Part shown: piece by piece, positions 27,309 through 42,003 of the stretch
How the letters are laid out: every line of letters starts with the position of its first letter
Numbering within the stretch: position 1 is the stretch's first letter
Assembly (NCBI RefSeq): GCF_006345805.1
Contig: NC_043013.1
Coordinates: 19,344,001 to 19,408,000, forward strand
From: Octopus sinensis
Lineage: Eukaryota
Direction: 5' to 3'
Length of the DNA stretch: 64,000 nt
Notes under the pieces: generated by a model
Told to the model about the DNA's origin: nothing
Database searches by the model: none
What the model saw: only the letters and a program-made list of their open reading frames with translations
Made by a program: the position numbers and the translations under genes

Positions 27309-28602
27309 GACAGCTGTTACATGAAAAGCGCAATGTCATCAGGCTGAGAAGATTTAAAAAACGAAACATGGGAAAGGAGGAGATGGAGGGGTTTATGGGC
27401 GAACATTTAAAGATCTAAAAAAAATGAAAACCTCATAAAATAATGAAACTGATGTCGGTATAATCTGAATGCAGACGAAAAGGTAACATAATTATGGACT
27501 GCAATGTATTTTGTCGGGTGGTGAGTGGGTGGGGTGGGGGTGTCTGCTAGTAGCTGTAGTCTTTGCATACAACTTTAGCAAATAATGCGATGTTACCCTG
27601 GTAAACATTCTTCACCACCTTAATTACTATTTTCATCTCGTTTCTATTTTGCGTATTTTACCTCAAACGTGTAGATCTTTGTTTTCATTGCCATCTGCTC
27701 CCAGTCTAAATGTCTAAAAGGATGAGGAAACGAATTTCGTTCGCTTCCTTTCCAGCATTTTATGAAGCTGTGACTAGTGTCGCAATGCAGAAGCAGTGGT
27801 AGAAGAAGCCAAATTCGTCGAGGACCTGTTGTTGTTAGCGCTAATTCTGCCGCTCTTTACAATTGCTCTATATTTTGGGGATTTAACCAAATCTGAGCAG
27901 AGTACTATCAAGTATCCCTTTTCCTCAGTGATGTAGTAAATAGGGCATTCTTTCATGAACCACTATTCTAACCGGTCTCTTCTCTCCCTCAGTTTGGTAT
28001 ACATCTAGGACGCCTTTGGAAGTTTCATGTGCCACAAGGGTATGGATGTTAATTCAAATCTTCCTGACCACATATTGATGCTGCTCATCTATGAGCGCCC
28101 AATCTGCCCATACTTTGTCTAGTACGTTGATTACAAGCCAGAGAGTAAATGTGAGTAGCAATATCTCCGATTGTAAACCTCCATGACGAGCTAGTGACAT
28201 ATTCGAAAACACATCCTCCTCCTTGCAGATCATCCAGGACTCGTTTATGAGGTCATAGAGAAACCCCCCTATTTTATGAAAAACACAAGCATGCCACTAA
28301 TCCTCTAGTTTGTCACATGACATAGTTATTTGTTGTTCATATTACTTATATACATTACCTTTCACTTCGTTCTTTCCTAAATAAACTCTTCGAGTAAGGT
28401 GTTAGTGTCTGCTATGATATGCTTCTTCCAGAATTCTTTGTCTAGAGTTGGCCTACATCTGAGAAATTCGCTTTGGTTTTCGGCGCCAATATTGCTGCTA
28501 TTGTTGATCCTGCGGATGTTGTTGTAGCTCTTGGCAATATCATTTGTAAGGACTGGCCGTTTATTTCAATTGTTCAATTGTAACTGTCTGTATATATGTT
28601 TT

Positions 28603-28671
<69 letters not shown>

Positions 28672-28674
28672 AAA

Positions 28675-28853
28675 TATTGGCACATGGCCAACAAGTTTGG
28701 GGGAGGGGCAAGTCGATTACATCGATCTCATTGTTCAACTGGTACTTATCAACCTCCAAAGGTGGATATGTCGACCTCGGTGGAATCTGAACTCAGAACG
28801 TGAGTACGAATAAAAGCATTTCGCCCGTCATGCTAATGATTCTACCATCTCGC

Positions 28854-28856
<3 letters not shown>
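28675..28856 (-). mobile_element. SINE family D
   Basis: gtcgacctcggtggaatctgaactcagaacg..tcgcc. Confidence 0.75.
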
Positions 28857-28900
<44 letters not shown>

Positions 28901-29218
28901 CATCATGTTCTCAATGATGAAATTAACCTCTCTGTCTATATATCTACCCTCTTTGTAATGTTGGCAAATGAAATAAGTATAAGAATGTGCATTGTCCGTT
29001 TAATTGAAGAATTCTATATGTGGCTGAAGATTGCTCGACATTTTAAAACTGATGTAATACTTCCAGTGTTTAATAAAATGAAGTAGTACGAAACAATTGT
29101 ACTACACTACCTTGGAAATCCTTGTTGCTTATTTTGATTATAATCATCCCATTTGATTTATATTTATAATACCATACAAAATTCTGGTGCCTTTAACTTA
29201 AGTACCATAGTCATCTGA

Positions 29219-29308
<90 letters not shown>

Positions 29309-29357
29309 ATCTATCTATCTATCTATATCTATCTATCTATCTATCTATAAAAAAAAA

Positions 29358-29670
29358 GAAATATAACATGTGACTTCATTGACCGAGGTTACCGTGGTCT
29401 TTTCCGTAGGCTTTTCTTTCCACGGGTAAACCTCACCTGTCCTCCCCTTTACACTTCATATTGACATTTCCGTGATAACGATCCCTATTATTCATTTTTT
29501 TTTGCTCCCCCCCTTTTTTTTTAACCCCTCCCTTTTTTTGTCCTCTTTCTTTCCTTTTACGATCCCTTTTGATCGAAAACCACCACTCCCTTTTTTTACC
29601 CCCAAAAGAAAAGCTCTACCTTGTAATTTGTTCTATCTGTGTGCAGCCCTGTGTGGCTAATAAAGAAACA
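29358..29670 (+). mobile_element. Short LINE-like 3' end inserted between two (ATCT)n arrays (possibly Tx1-like)
   Basis: Pyrimidine-rich 3'UTR ending ..gccctgtgtggctaataaagaaaca, with (ATCT)n on both sides. The clade call is an inference. Confidence 0.5.
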
Positions 29671-29784
<114 letters not shown>

Positions 29785-29989
29785 CACGTGGAACGAAAAA
29801 GTATAGGGGGACATAGAGTAAGTGGATCATGCATTTGTCAGAAGGAAATTTTAAAGTAAAAATGTATAAAGATATTATAAGATATAGTAATGTATAGGGA
29901 TGTGATATGTAATTATATTCTATAGTAAAAGGTAATATAGAGATATATTTCTTTAAATATCAAACTAAGCAAAAGGTGAGTGCAGAGTT

Positions 29990-31610
29990 ATTTTAGATTA
30001 ATGAATAGGAATTTGGTCATGTGTTCACATGGGAAACATTTCCATTCATTCTCATTATGTTATAGCTTTCTTCTAAACATACCTACAATTTTTAAAATTA
30101 TTTCTATAAGATGGGACAGAAGATAGGATTTTCCAAGAAATGGAAAAACTGATAGTGTTTCATTTGAGGTGCCAAATTATTTTAGATAGGGCTGCACTAT
30201 TCTCTTTTCGATGGTCCCTAAAAGAAGATTTATGGTTAGAAATTCTCGGTTTAATTGAATTTTGGGTGCAACCTACCTATATATATGCAGAGGAGTCCTG
30301 AGTAATAGCAGGTGCTTGGTATACAACTTCTCTCATTTTATAATTTCTATTCACTTCACAGGCATTAGGGTCTCGACAATTACGATTTGAATTAGAGGGT
30401 GGTGTAGTGGTCTTATATCTATATTTTGTTGGATTAAGAGAGTTATGGTTATTGGCAATATTGTTGTTGTTACTTGTAGGATTATACAATGTATTATTAA
30501 TAGTATTATTATTGGAAGTACTAGGTACAGATTTTTTAATTATAGAATAGATCCAGTTTCTTATTGTTAAAAGAAGAAATTATCCTAAAATGAATTGCAG
30601 AAACTGAAAATCCAAATCTAATTTTTTATTATTAAATATTTTTGCATATTTAGAGTTTTTGAAGTTTTTATTGTCATTCTAATGGATCTAATAAAGTTAG
30701 ATTTTAAATGTCTGTCAAAAAGGATAATAATCCAAGTAGTATTATTGTTGTTTGCTTTATTAAAAGGTTGGGTCGTGTTTAGAAGGTCAGATTTTCTAAT
30801 ACGAGGTATTGCTTTCTTTTTTGCTATTTTATTCCGATCCTTATTAATTTGAGTCCTATGTTATTGAAGTAATTTGGCGTGTTTAGATTATTCTTTTTTT
30901 TTTCTGTTTATTGGCTTAATGTTTCTATTTTTATCATTAATTAAACAGTTGTGGTGTTTGTTTTCAGTATTCCTAAATTTATTTATATTAGTGTGGTTAG
31001 GAAGGTGGTAATTACTAAAATTTATATTATTCTCTTCTTTAGTAAAATTTCGGTTGTAGTGCACGTATTGGTTGTGTTTTTTAGTATGGTTATTGTAGTT
31101 ATGATTGTCGTGTTTTTTGTTGATGAATCTTATTGAGAGTTTTCGTTATACCTTTATTAGGATGTACTAATTCGTCAGATGATTTGGATTCACTAATATT
31201 ATCAATGTTGCTTGTTTCATGATTATGTTTGATATAACCAGTACTTGTATTGTCGTTTTTATTATACTTAATTTCATATTCATATCCTACCTTCTTAAGT
31301 GCTAGGTTATAATAGTCCTTATGTTTATTAAATATTTACTCGCTAGATGATAGACTTATTCTTCTCTCTATGTTAGTGGTGAGGTTTTCTATTATGTTAT
31401 AGGAGTGATTGCTGTGCACACTTTATATATGTAATATTGGTGTTAGGTTTATGGTAAGTTTGGTGGGTAGAAATATTAAAGTTGAAGTTGGCGTCTAGGA
31501 AGTTAACAGAGTTGTGATCGTTTATAATGGTAATAGACAGTCCTTGGTTTTTCTATTCCTTTTTAAGTTCCTCGTGTTATGGTTTCTTTCTTTCCTACAC
31601 TGAAGAGTAT
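29990..31610 (-). mobile_element. Penelope-like element relic 3 (RT C-terminus, linker, GIY-YIG)
   Basis: GLSITIINDHNSVNFLDANF..TYHKPNTNITYI..SNHS..RRIS..ALKKVGY; YAKIFNNKKL; NCRDPNAC..EVVYQA..YIGSCTQNSIKPRISNHKSSF..ALSKIIWHLK..WKIL. Confidence 0.85.
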
Positions 31611-32293
31611 GTTGATATTTAATTTAACTGAACCATGAATTTATATTTTTATATATCTCTGAACGAAACGATCGTCTGCAAGAATTAAACTTCTTATTAA
31701 ATTTACAACTCGTCTCCTCCATTCTTAACAATATTGATGGGATTTAAGGAACTTCATTCTGTAAATTCATCCTACATTATATACAACTTTCGTATCTTCG
31801 CAAATCTATGCCTGTAAACTCCCAGCAAAGTATGAAGAATCAACATTAGAAATCTTTTTTGGAAACTGCCAATTAAAGGACGAATCCACATACATATACA
31901 CACACGTAACAAGTGTTTAAAGACGAACCTTTACTAATCAGGTTGATGCTTTGCATGTTCAAATGTTCTGAAGCTCTTTGTTACTAAAACGATTCTCCTC
32001 TCAATCAAAAACCGAACAATATTTTAAAAAGGATATCTTAAAAGGAAATATCTCCTAAATTGAATTATGTTTAAAAGAGTATCTCAGTATTTGATTGACA
32101 CATTTAACCGAGCCCGAAAGGAGGGAAGACAATGCCATCATCGTTGGAATTCAAAACCTAAACCGGGAAGAAATACCGCGAAGCATTTGGCAGACGTAAA
32201 AAGGATTCTGCTAGTACATCGCTTTTAATAATAATAATAATGATGATGATGATGATGATGATATTGATGATAATAATAATAATAATAATAATG

Positions 32294-32324
<31 letters not shown>

Positions 32325-32346
32325 CTTCCAGCAAAAGTCAAACATA

Positions 32347-32423
<77 letters not shown>

Positions 32424-32519
32424 GCTTCATATTTTGACACGAAAGCAGTCATCTTAGAAGAAGGGATGTGTCGATTATACCGACCCTAGTGTTCAACTGG
32501 TTCTTAATTTATCGACACC

Positions 32520-33148
<629 letters not shown>

Positions 33149-33160
33149 ATAATAATAATA

Positions 33161-33581
33161 CTCTTTCAGTCTTCTACTTGTTTCAGTCATTTGATTGTGG
33201 CCATGCTGGAGCACCGCCTTTTTGCTCGAGCAAATCGACCCCAGGATTTATTCTTTGTAAGTCTAGTACCTATTCTATCGTCGGTCACTTTTGCCGAACC
33301 GCTATGTTACGGGGACGTAAACACACCCGCATCGGTTGTCATCTGATGTTGGGGGGAGACAAACGTAGACACACAAACATACATACATATACATATATAT
33401 ATATATATATACATACATACGACGGGTTTCTTTCAGTTTCCGTCTACCAAATCCACTCACAAGGCTTTGGTCGGCCCGAGGCTATAGTAGAAGACACTTT
33501 CCCAAGGTGCCACGCAGTGGGACTGAACCCGGATCATGTGGTTCGTAAGCAAGCTACTTACCACACAGCCACTCCTACGCC
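33161..33581 (-). mobile_element. SINE family C
   Basis: Reverse complement of 21419-21910, including the internal microsatellite. Confidence 0.88.
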
Positions 33582-33778
33582 TATAATAATAAATGTTACA
33601 TAACGAAGGATGTACAGAAAGACCAACTATCAATAATTCTCCTGAATAGAAGACTCCCTAAGGGTACTTTTGGGAATCCCTAAGTCACAAAGTGACATAA
33701 TTCGAAGAAAAGAAAGTCAGTCACATCGCATCCACTACAGTACTTCACTGGTACTTTAATCTTAAACGGTAAATTTAT

Positions 33779-34165
33779 ATCTTTATATATAAAAGTCAAG
33801 TTGTGTGTCTGTCTCCTACGATTTTGATTCCTAACTACTCTCACATTTTGCGGTGCAGTTTAACCAAAACCGGGTATCTTATAGTCGTGATTCATATCGA
33901 GCCCTTCTGGGTATTAGCGCGCGTCTACAATAAGTCTACGATTAACAAAAATTTAATATCATTTTTTTCCATTTTAATGCATTTTGTCGCTATTATATAA
34001 GGGAAGTAACTCTCTAAAAATGTCTACGATGAGTCAACGATTTAAAAAAAAAATTACCATATTTTTTTTTCCATTTTAATGCATTTTTTTGCTATTTTGG
34101 GGCTATAACTCTCTAAAAATGCTTATATAGTTATTTCCCTTACAAACCCGAGCAACGCCGGGCGA
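33779..34165 (+). mobile_element. Non-autonomous Helitron lacking the terminal CTAG
   Basis: 5' TCTTTATATATAAAAG; internal ~95-bp tandem duplication; 3' hairpin CCCG-agcaacgc-CGGG with no CTRR after it. Confidence 0.6.
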
Positions 34166-34783
34166 TCGGAATGATGTTGAAAGAGAATGTGATTCTGTTG
34201 GTATTTAGCCTCAGAACTTAACTAATTTCTTCAAGGTATTTTATTGGAAGCTCAATCTATTTCTGCCAAACACTGATTATATAAAACTAGCAGGTTTAAT
34301 AACGCCGGCCATAAGGTTTGTTTAAATAGGTGAGACGATATGTTAGAGACAAAACAACACTAAAGTCAGAACAACGAAACAATGAGTGCTGCTGGCCTAT
34401 CTTCTTCTCAGTGTGTTCAACTGTAAAGAAGACACAAGGGAAATTGGTTCTCATTCAAAATGTCTTTCTTTTGTAATAGGTTTTAGCTTCAGCCTTGCTA
34501 TTTACTAAACACGCCCATACAGTTGCTTTTCTAACATGGCACCTACCCCACCCATTCTAATCAATCATTTGCACGCACTCACACACACACATATACACAC
34601 AGACACAGACAAACACACACACACGCACAGAGGCTCACGCACATACATACACATAAGCACACGCGCGCGCGCAGAGGGCACTCACGCGCAAAGGCCCCAT
34701 GATTTGTAGGACACGAGTTGTTTGTCAGGAGAAACACGAATTAATTACTGAACTTTTTGTGGTTATTATTTTTTATTATTAAT

Positions 34784-34839
<56 letters not shown>

Positions 34840-34840
34840 A

Positions 34841-34888
<48 letters not shown>

Positions 34889-34939
34889 GTTATTGTTATT
34901 GTAATTATTATTATTGTAGAGGGTGACAAGCTAACAACA

Positions 34940-35390
34940 TCGTTTGTATGCCGGAAAAAATGCTTAGCAGTATTTCGTTCATCTTTACGTTTTGAATTCA
35001 AATTCGGCCGAGGTCGACTTTGCTTTTCATCCTGTCGCTATCGATGAATCGGGTATCAGTGGTGCACTGCAATCGACTTACCTCCTTCCCCGAAATTTCA
35101 AGCCTTGTGTCTATAGTTAAAAGGATCATTGTGGTAGAGGACGGCGAGCTAGTAGAATCTTCAGCACGCTGATAAAGGCGGCGAGCTGGCAGAATCGTTA
35201 GCGCGCCGGACAAAATGCTTAGCAGTATTTCGTCTGCCGCTACGTTCTGAGTTCAAATTCCGCTGAGGTCGACTTTGCTTTTCTGGGTCGATAAATTAAG
35301 TACCAGTGAAACACTGAGGTCGATGTTATCGACTAGTTTCCTCCCCACAAATTTCGGGCCTTGTGTCTATAGTACAAAGGATTATTTGCT
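34940..35390 (+). mobile_element. Two tandem SINE family D copies (second full head at 35177)
   Basis: GGCGGCGAGCTGGCAGAATCGTTAGC..GAGTTCAAATTCC. Confidence 0.85.
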
Positions 35391-36567
35391 ACTGACACTG
35401 TTCTGAATGTTCACCAAAGTGTTAAGTGTCATACTTCTCTTTACACAGACTGTTATTGCCGTGCACACTGGCATCTCAAGTTGTTACTGCTCTTTACACT
35501 GACATCTGAGACTAGACTGCATCTCCAAAGTTACTCCACTAACTGCTTTGAAGTCGCTTCCATCCACACCCCCACGTCTGGTGCACGGGCATGTTAAAGA
35601 CACCTTTCGGTCACGGATGGCTATGGGATTACACCTAAAAGGTTCCCCTCCAAAGCACAAGTCCTGTTTCACATAGTTTTATGGAAGAACACCAATCGTC
35701 CATGCATACCAGTCTACCCTTTCTTTAAATCCTCTCTTTTTAGAATAAACCGATAGAATATTAACCCTTCTCTTGAGATGATTTTCCAGTAGTTAGAAGA
35801 AAGCATATACTCACAGCAACATGTGACTAATAAATATGCTGAATCCCTCATCCGCTTCACAGACAACCTACAAACTTCAAAAGTAATAGACTAACTGTTT
35901 TTTAGCTGACAAACTGCACGAACTGAAGAAATTCTTCAGAATATATGGCATCGAACTTCTTGCATGCATTCATAACTGCTACGAGTGTCGTTGTGGAGTT
36001 AAATCTATTAGAGTTACTACCCAAACTTCTCTCACATGATGTTCAACAGTGCTTAAAAAGAATAATAATCTGAAAAACATGGTCCTTGATATAGTATACC
36101 TGAAAAGATGGGGGTGGGTATAGCTATGTTGCTTTTGATCAAAGGTTTATTAAATGAGGGATGAGTTGAGGTTAAACAACCATACACAGATTGAAAAGTT
36201 ACCACATGGCAACAAACAATAATGATTCTCATAACTTATAACTAACGTTTACCGCCTCTACGGCATATCATTATTCGTGGTCTTAATTTTTAATAAATCA
36301 TTTAAAATGAGTGCAAGTCTAAGAGCGAAATCTAGGAGAAGTTATGACAGTGGAAGCAATACTTTTGATCGATCACCAAATATTAAGAAATCGATTATAT
36401 TCAAGTAAATTGCACATTATAAATACATTAGGTGGACGGTATGTAGTCGACAGTTAAATTGTCTGTTTCTCTCACTATATCTACACGCAAACAAACCACG
36501 CTGAGAGTTATTGTCTGTATGCGAGTGTTTATGTGCGTACATATAATCCTCCCACCATATATATATA

Positions 36568-36650
<83 letters not shown>

Positions 36651-36652
36651 AT

Positions 36653-36812
<160 letters not shown>

Positions 36813-36915
36813 GGAGAGTAAACACATAAATGTGAAACAAGGTGGAAAAAAGGGTACTCAAATACCAGTGGTAGAGTAATATGCTTATTTAAAGCAGCAG
36901 AAAATTCAACAAAAC

Positions 36916-36953
36916 CTGTTACTCTGAGTTTCCCGTTGCCGTTCATCGGACAG
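36916..36953 (-). ncRNA. Type I hammerhead-like ribozyme, variant core CCGAUGA
   Basis: CUGU-CCGAUGA-ACG GCAA CGG-GAAAC-UCAGA-GUA-ACAG. U4 is replaced by C and stem II closes with an A.G mismatch. Confidence 0.55.
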
Positions 36954-36969
36954 TTTTTGCTAGAATGGA

Positions 36970-37007
36970 CTGTCCGATTAACGGCAACGGGAAACTCAGA
37001 GTAACAG
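36970..37007 (+). ncRNA. Mirror hammerhead-like copy with an additional G8>U change (CCGAUUA)
   Basis: Right arm of the 70-bp inverted repeat 36885-36954 / 36969-37038. Confidence 0.4.
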
Positions 37008-37269
37008 GTTTTGTTGAATTTTCTGCTGCTTTAAATAAAGTATATAAATATATATATATATATATACACACCCCCGCGAACCCTCGCACACATATATACA
37101 CATACAGTCAAGTGTATATGTGTGTCTGTATAAATAGATACAGGCAGGCGGGCTTGTATAAGTTGTATTACTATCATAAATGTATTCCGTACCAGCATCT
37201 GCAGAAATGCAGGTACAAAACCTAACATAACTAATACAAGTTATTCATATTTGCATATATTGGTTTCAT

Positions 37270-37464
37270 GCTTTTGGCACTAGCCCAACAATTTCAAGGG
37301 AAGCGGTAAGTCACTCAACTGGTAATTATTTCATCGACTCCAAAAAGGATGAAAGGCAAAGTCGACCTCGGCGGAATTTGAACTCAGAACGTAGAGACAG
37401 AAGAAATGCCGCTAAGCATTTTGCCTGGTGCGGTCACGATTCTACCAGATAACCACTTTATTTG

Positions 37465-37526
<62 letters not shown>

Positions 37527-37890
37527 CCTTTCTATTATAGGTACAAGGCCTGACATTTTGGAGAAGGGGATTTGTTAATTACATTGAACCCAGTCTTTCA
37601 CTGATACTTAATTTATCGATACCGAAAGACTGAAATCAAAGTCGTCCTCGGAGGAATTTGAACTCAGAACGTAAAGACGGACAAAATGCCGCTAAGCATT
37701 TCACCCGGCGTACAAACGATTCTGCGACCAATAATAATCGTTTCAAATACTGTCACAAGGGCAGAAATTTATAAATAATTCCCAGTGTTCAACTGGAACT
37801 TATTCTATCGACCCTGGAAGAATGAAAGTCAAAGTTGACATCGACGGAGTGCCGCTAAGCATTTGCCTGGCGTGCTAACAATTTTGTCAG
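37270..37890 (-). mobile_element. Cluster of three SINE family D copies, with a (TAA)n tract between the first two
   Basis: Repeated aaagtcgacctcggcggaatttgaactcagaacgt..gccgctaagcat motifs. Confidence 0.8.
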
Positions 37891-38297
37891 TTCGCCGCCG
37901 CCCGCATATACAGTTGTATATACACACAAATTTTCATAGACGTATGAATAACTTTAATAACGTCGCGTGTGGAAGTTGTAATACTAATACCAGTTATAGG
38001 TGTAAGCCACACACGTGGCATATAATCGATAGCATTGGCACACGTACGTGACTGATGTATTCTTTTATATAAGTCGGAATAATTTAAAGTGAAGTTGACG
38101 GTAACGAGATTTGAACTCGGAACGTAAATTAACGTGATTACAGGGGAGAGATATTTTTTTCCTCTAACCATATTCCCATATTTTCACTTGACTATCTTAT
38201 ACATGGAAAATACAATTATAAAGAATAACTATTTACATGTATGTCTGACAGCCTGTCAATCTGTCTGGTTGTTTGTCTTTTGAATATACCAAACTTG

Positions 38298-38377
<80 letters not shown>

Positions 38378-38478
38378 CGGCGTACGTTCACTTTGGTCTC
38401 TTATATGTATGTATGAGTATGTTAAGCACCTTCGATTTTTACAATTCCGTAAATAATAAAAAAATAAAAATAATAGTT

Positions 38479-38550
<72 letters not shown>

Positions 38551-38589
38551 AATAATGATAATAATAATAATAATATAATAATAATAATA

Positions 38590-38796
38590 ATACAGACAAA
38601 TACATAACAAAAACACCAGGACTTACAAACACATATAACATACAGAAAATTGCACTACTAGGCACTGCACACATCCTACGCAGAACACTTTCCATACAAT
38701 AACCATCAGAGCATCACAACAAATCACAGCACATACCCAAGGCACACAGAGCTGTGCTCGGTAGTGAAGTGAACGCACGCTATAAAAATAAAACTA

Positions 38797-38869
<73 letters not shown>

Positions 38870-39153
38870 GAGGTAACTCGAATGTGGAATCTAAAAACAG
38901 TAACAATTCCTATCATTGTAGGTGCATTAGGCATGATAAAAAAAATATTCAGACAAATACATAACAAAAACACCAGGACTTACAAACACATATAACATAC
39001 TGAAAATTGCACTACTGAGCACTGCACACATCCTACGGAAAACACTTTCAATACAGTAACAATAAGAGCATCACAACAAATCACAGCACATACCCAAGGC
39101 ACACTGAGCTGCGCTCGGTAGTGAAGTGAAAGCACGCTATAAAATTAAAACTA

Positions 39154-39160
<7 letters not shown>
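38590..39160 (+). mobile_element. Two 3'-end copies of a Dong/R4-like LINE inside (TAA)n (38590-38800 and 38880-39160)
   Basis: WNLKTVTIPIIVGALGMIKKYSDKYITKTPGLTNTYNI.KIALL.TAHILR.TLSIQ*; each copy is followed by (TAA)n. Confidence 0.85.
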
Positions 39161-39217
<57 letters not shown>

Positions 39218-39219
<2 letters not shown>

Positions 39220-39467
39220 GCTTAAATCTTATAAGCAATCACCGTGCAATGACTAAAGAAAATAGTCTAAAATGGGACATAAGCCCTCTATGGAAAAAAG
39301 TAGGTTTTCTCGTAGGCGTGGTGCCCGAACCCTCAACTCTTCGTTTTTGCGACAGGTGAGTCATGCGAACGGGAAAACCTACTTTTTTTCATCGAGGGCT
39401 TATACGCCACGATATTAGACTATTTTCTTTAGTTATTGCACGGTGATCGCTTTTAAGCATTAAGCTT
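39218..39467. repeat. Inverted repeat, ~97-bp arms and 55-bp spacer (MITE or PLE-derived)
   Basis: Arms 39218-39313 and 39369-39467 are diverged reverse complements. Confidence 0.85.
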
Positions 39468-39493
39468 ATAAAATACTATCATCATCATTATTA

Positions 39494-39571
<78 letters not shown>

Positions 39572-39738
39572 TATAATAATAATTATTATTATTATTACAT
39601 ATATAAATACATAAACACTTATACATATGTATGTATGTATATTTATATTTAGTATAAAATAAAAATATGCGTGTCTATATACGTATGTATAGGCGTATAT
39701 ATACCTGTACGCACACACGCATAGACATACATAAATGC

Positions 39739-39782
<44 letters not shown>

Positions 39783-40053
39783 TATAAATGTAAGATCCAG
39801 GGATCGAGGTGTTGGAAAAAATTTAGCTTCGCGCAATCGGTAGTAAATATAAAAAAATAACTTTCAAAAACAATAGCGGTTTATTGCGACGGAAGGTTGC
39901 AGATTATTTTGCTTCCTCGAAGAAAGATGAGCAGAAAAGAAGTTGTAGACGACCAGGGTTACCGAGTGTGCGAAACAGAATCCAAGAGTTGCGGAATGGA
40001 GTAGGAAAAATGCGGGCTACATAGCGAGTGGAACCTCGGAGGAATGTGTGTGT

Positions 40054-40141
<88 letters not shown>

Positions 40142-40211
40142 TATATATATATATATATATGTATGTATATATATTATATATATACACACATAAACAGACA
40201 CACACACATAC

Positions 40212-40250
<39 letters not shown>

Positions 40251-40491
40251 CTGGGATGGTGATTAATTATTGCGGCTGTTTTTCAACAAAGTTTATTCAA
40301 CAAAAACAATAGCAATATTTAACAAAAACATCTTTAAATGACGGTCTGACCGTCTGCCAAGCAACCGGGAAGCAGTAATTGAAGTGAATGGTGAATATGC
40401 TCCGGAATAATCATTTAAAGAAGTTTCTGCATCATGTTATGTTTTGTTGAATAAAATTTGTCGAAAAAAAACGCAATTATTATGCACCAAC

Positions 40492-40494
<3 letters not shown>
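40251..40494 (+). mobile_element. Mariner-derived MITE in a (TA)n tract
   Basis: TIRs ctgggatggtgattaattattgcg and cgcaattattatgcaccaaccca; retains the transposase C-terminus ..EAVIEVNGEYAPE*. Confidence 0.8.
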
Positions 40495-40554
<60 letters not shown>

Positions 40555-41229
40555 TATATAATTATTATTTGAGGGAATATATATATATGTATATATGTAT
40601 ATATATATATATATATATGTATATACATATATATATATATATAACATATGTATATGTATATACATATACATATGTTTATATATATATATATATGTATATA
40701 CATATACATATGTTTATATATATATATATATAATATATATATATAATATATATATATATATTCTTACATAAATATAATTATTTGTGTTAAATCTATACAA
40801 TTTTACACATATCGCGAATGTACACAATACAAGTGCGTCGTGCTAACTCTACATGAACACTCCCACCACACACGCACACATACACACACATATATATAAA
40901 CACACACATACACACACGCACCTACAGGCACATATGTACACACACACGTACAGCCGTACACGGTCTCCCCATCTCTCTCCCTATGTATGTACGTTATGTA
41001 TGTATGTATGTATATATGTATGTATGTATATATGTATGTATGTATGTACACGCACACACAAACACACACATATATATATATATGTATGTATCTATATACA
41101 ATATATATATATATGTGTGTGTGTGTATTATTACGTATGTGTATTAATAAATATAACTGTATAAATATATATATATGTCTATATGCACACACATACAGAA
41201 ATACATACATAGAGATTTACAACTATATA

Positions 41230-41305
<76 letters not shown>

Positions 41306-41957
41306 TATATGTATATATGTATATATATATATGTATATATACATGTACATTTTTGAATGTTCAATAAATTCTATTGTTTATTATGAACATAAAACATGAT
41401 CCGGTGGTTATAATTTTTAAACAATTTTATACATAATGCGCATATATAAATTATAGAGGCGGATATCAACTCTACGTGCACACTCTCACCACATACACAC
41501 ACATATACAAACACATACATACACATACACACACACACACATGTACACACACAAACATGTACACTCGCACAGATGCGCACGCATGTTTACATAACCAGTT
41601 ATATATATATATAAATTCACATATCATGCATAATTCAAATTTTCTACCGTACTTGTAAGCAACAGGGTGTTAACCGAACATAAGCTTAGTATAAAAACAC
41701 TGTGACAATAATTTTAGTTGGGAAGATTAAGTAGATGGATTAATAGTTAATACTTGGAATCGACTCTAATGTATTTAGACCAAGTTGGGAGACTCTCATT
41801 TCGTAATCACATTCCTCGTTTTGCAGACGATTTTCACATTAAAGAATATATGTTCGTGTTGCTTGCCTCTTGTTTTCTCTTTCCTCTGGAATGGGAACTT
41901 TCCTATTGATCTTTTTCGATCGGTGGAAACTGAAAATATGTCGTTAACATTTAAGTT

Positions 41958-42003
<46 letters not shown>

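Noticed and set aside
24431-27369. Long ORFs of 130-216 aa (MYVC/HTYI/VCVC repeats), and similar ORFs elsewhere such as 22003-22623 and 53563-54354
   Set aside because: They are stop-free translations of microsatellites, not genes. The only real signal in 53563-54354 is the short PLE fragment.
27774-27956. Protein-like ORFs on both strands (..EAKFVEDLLLLALILPLF..)
   Set aside because: Short, with no family match I can recognise and no convincing splice sites.
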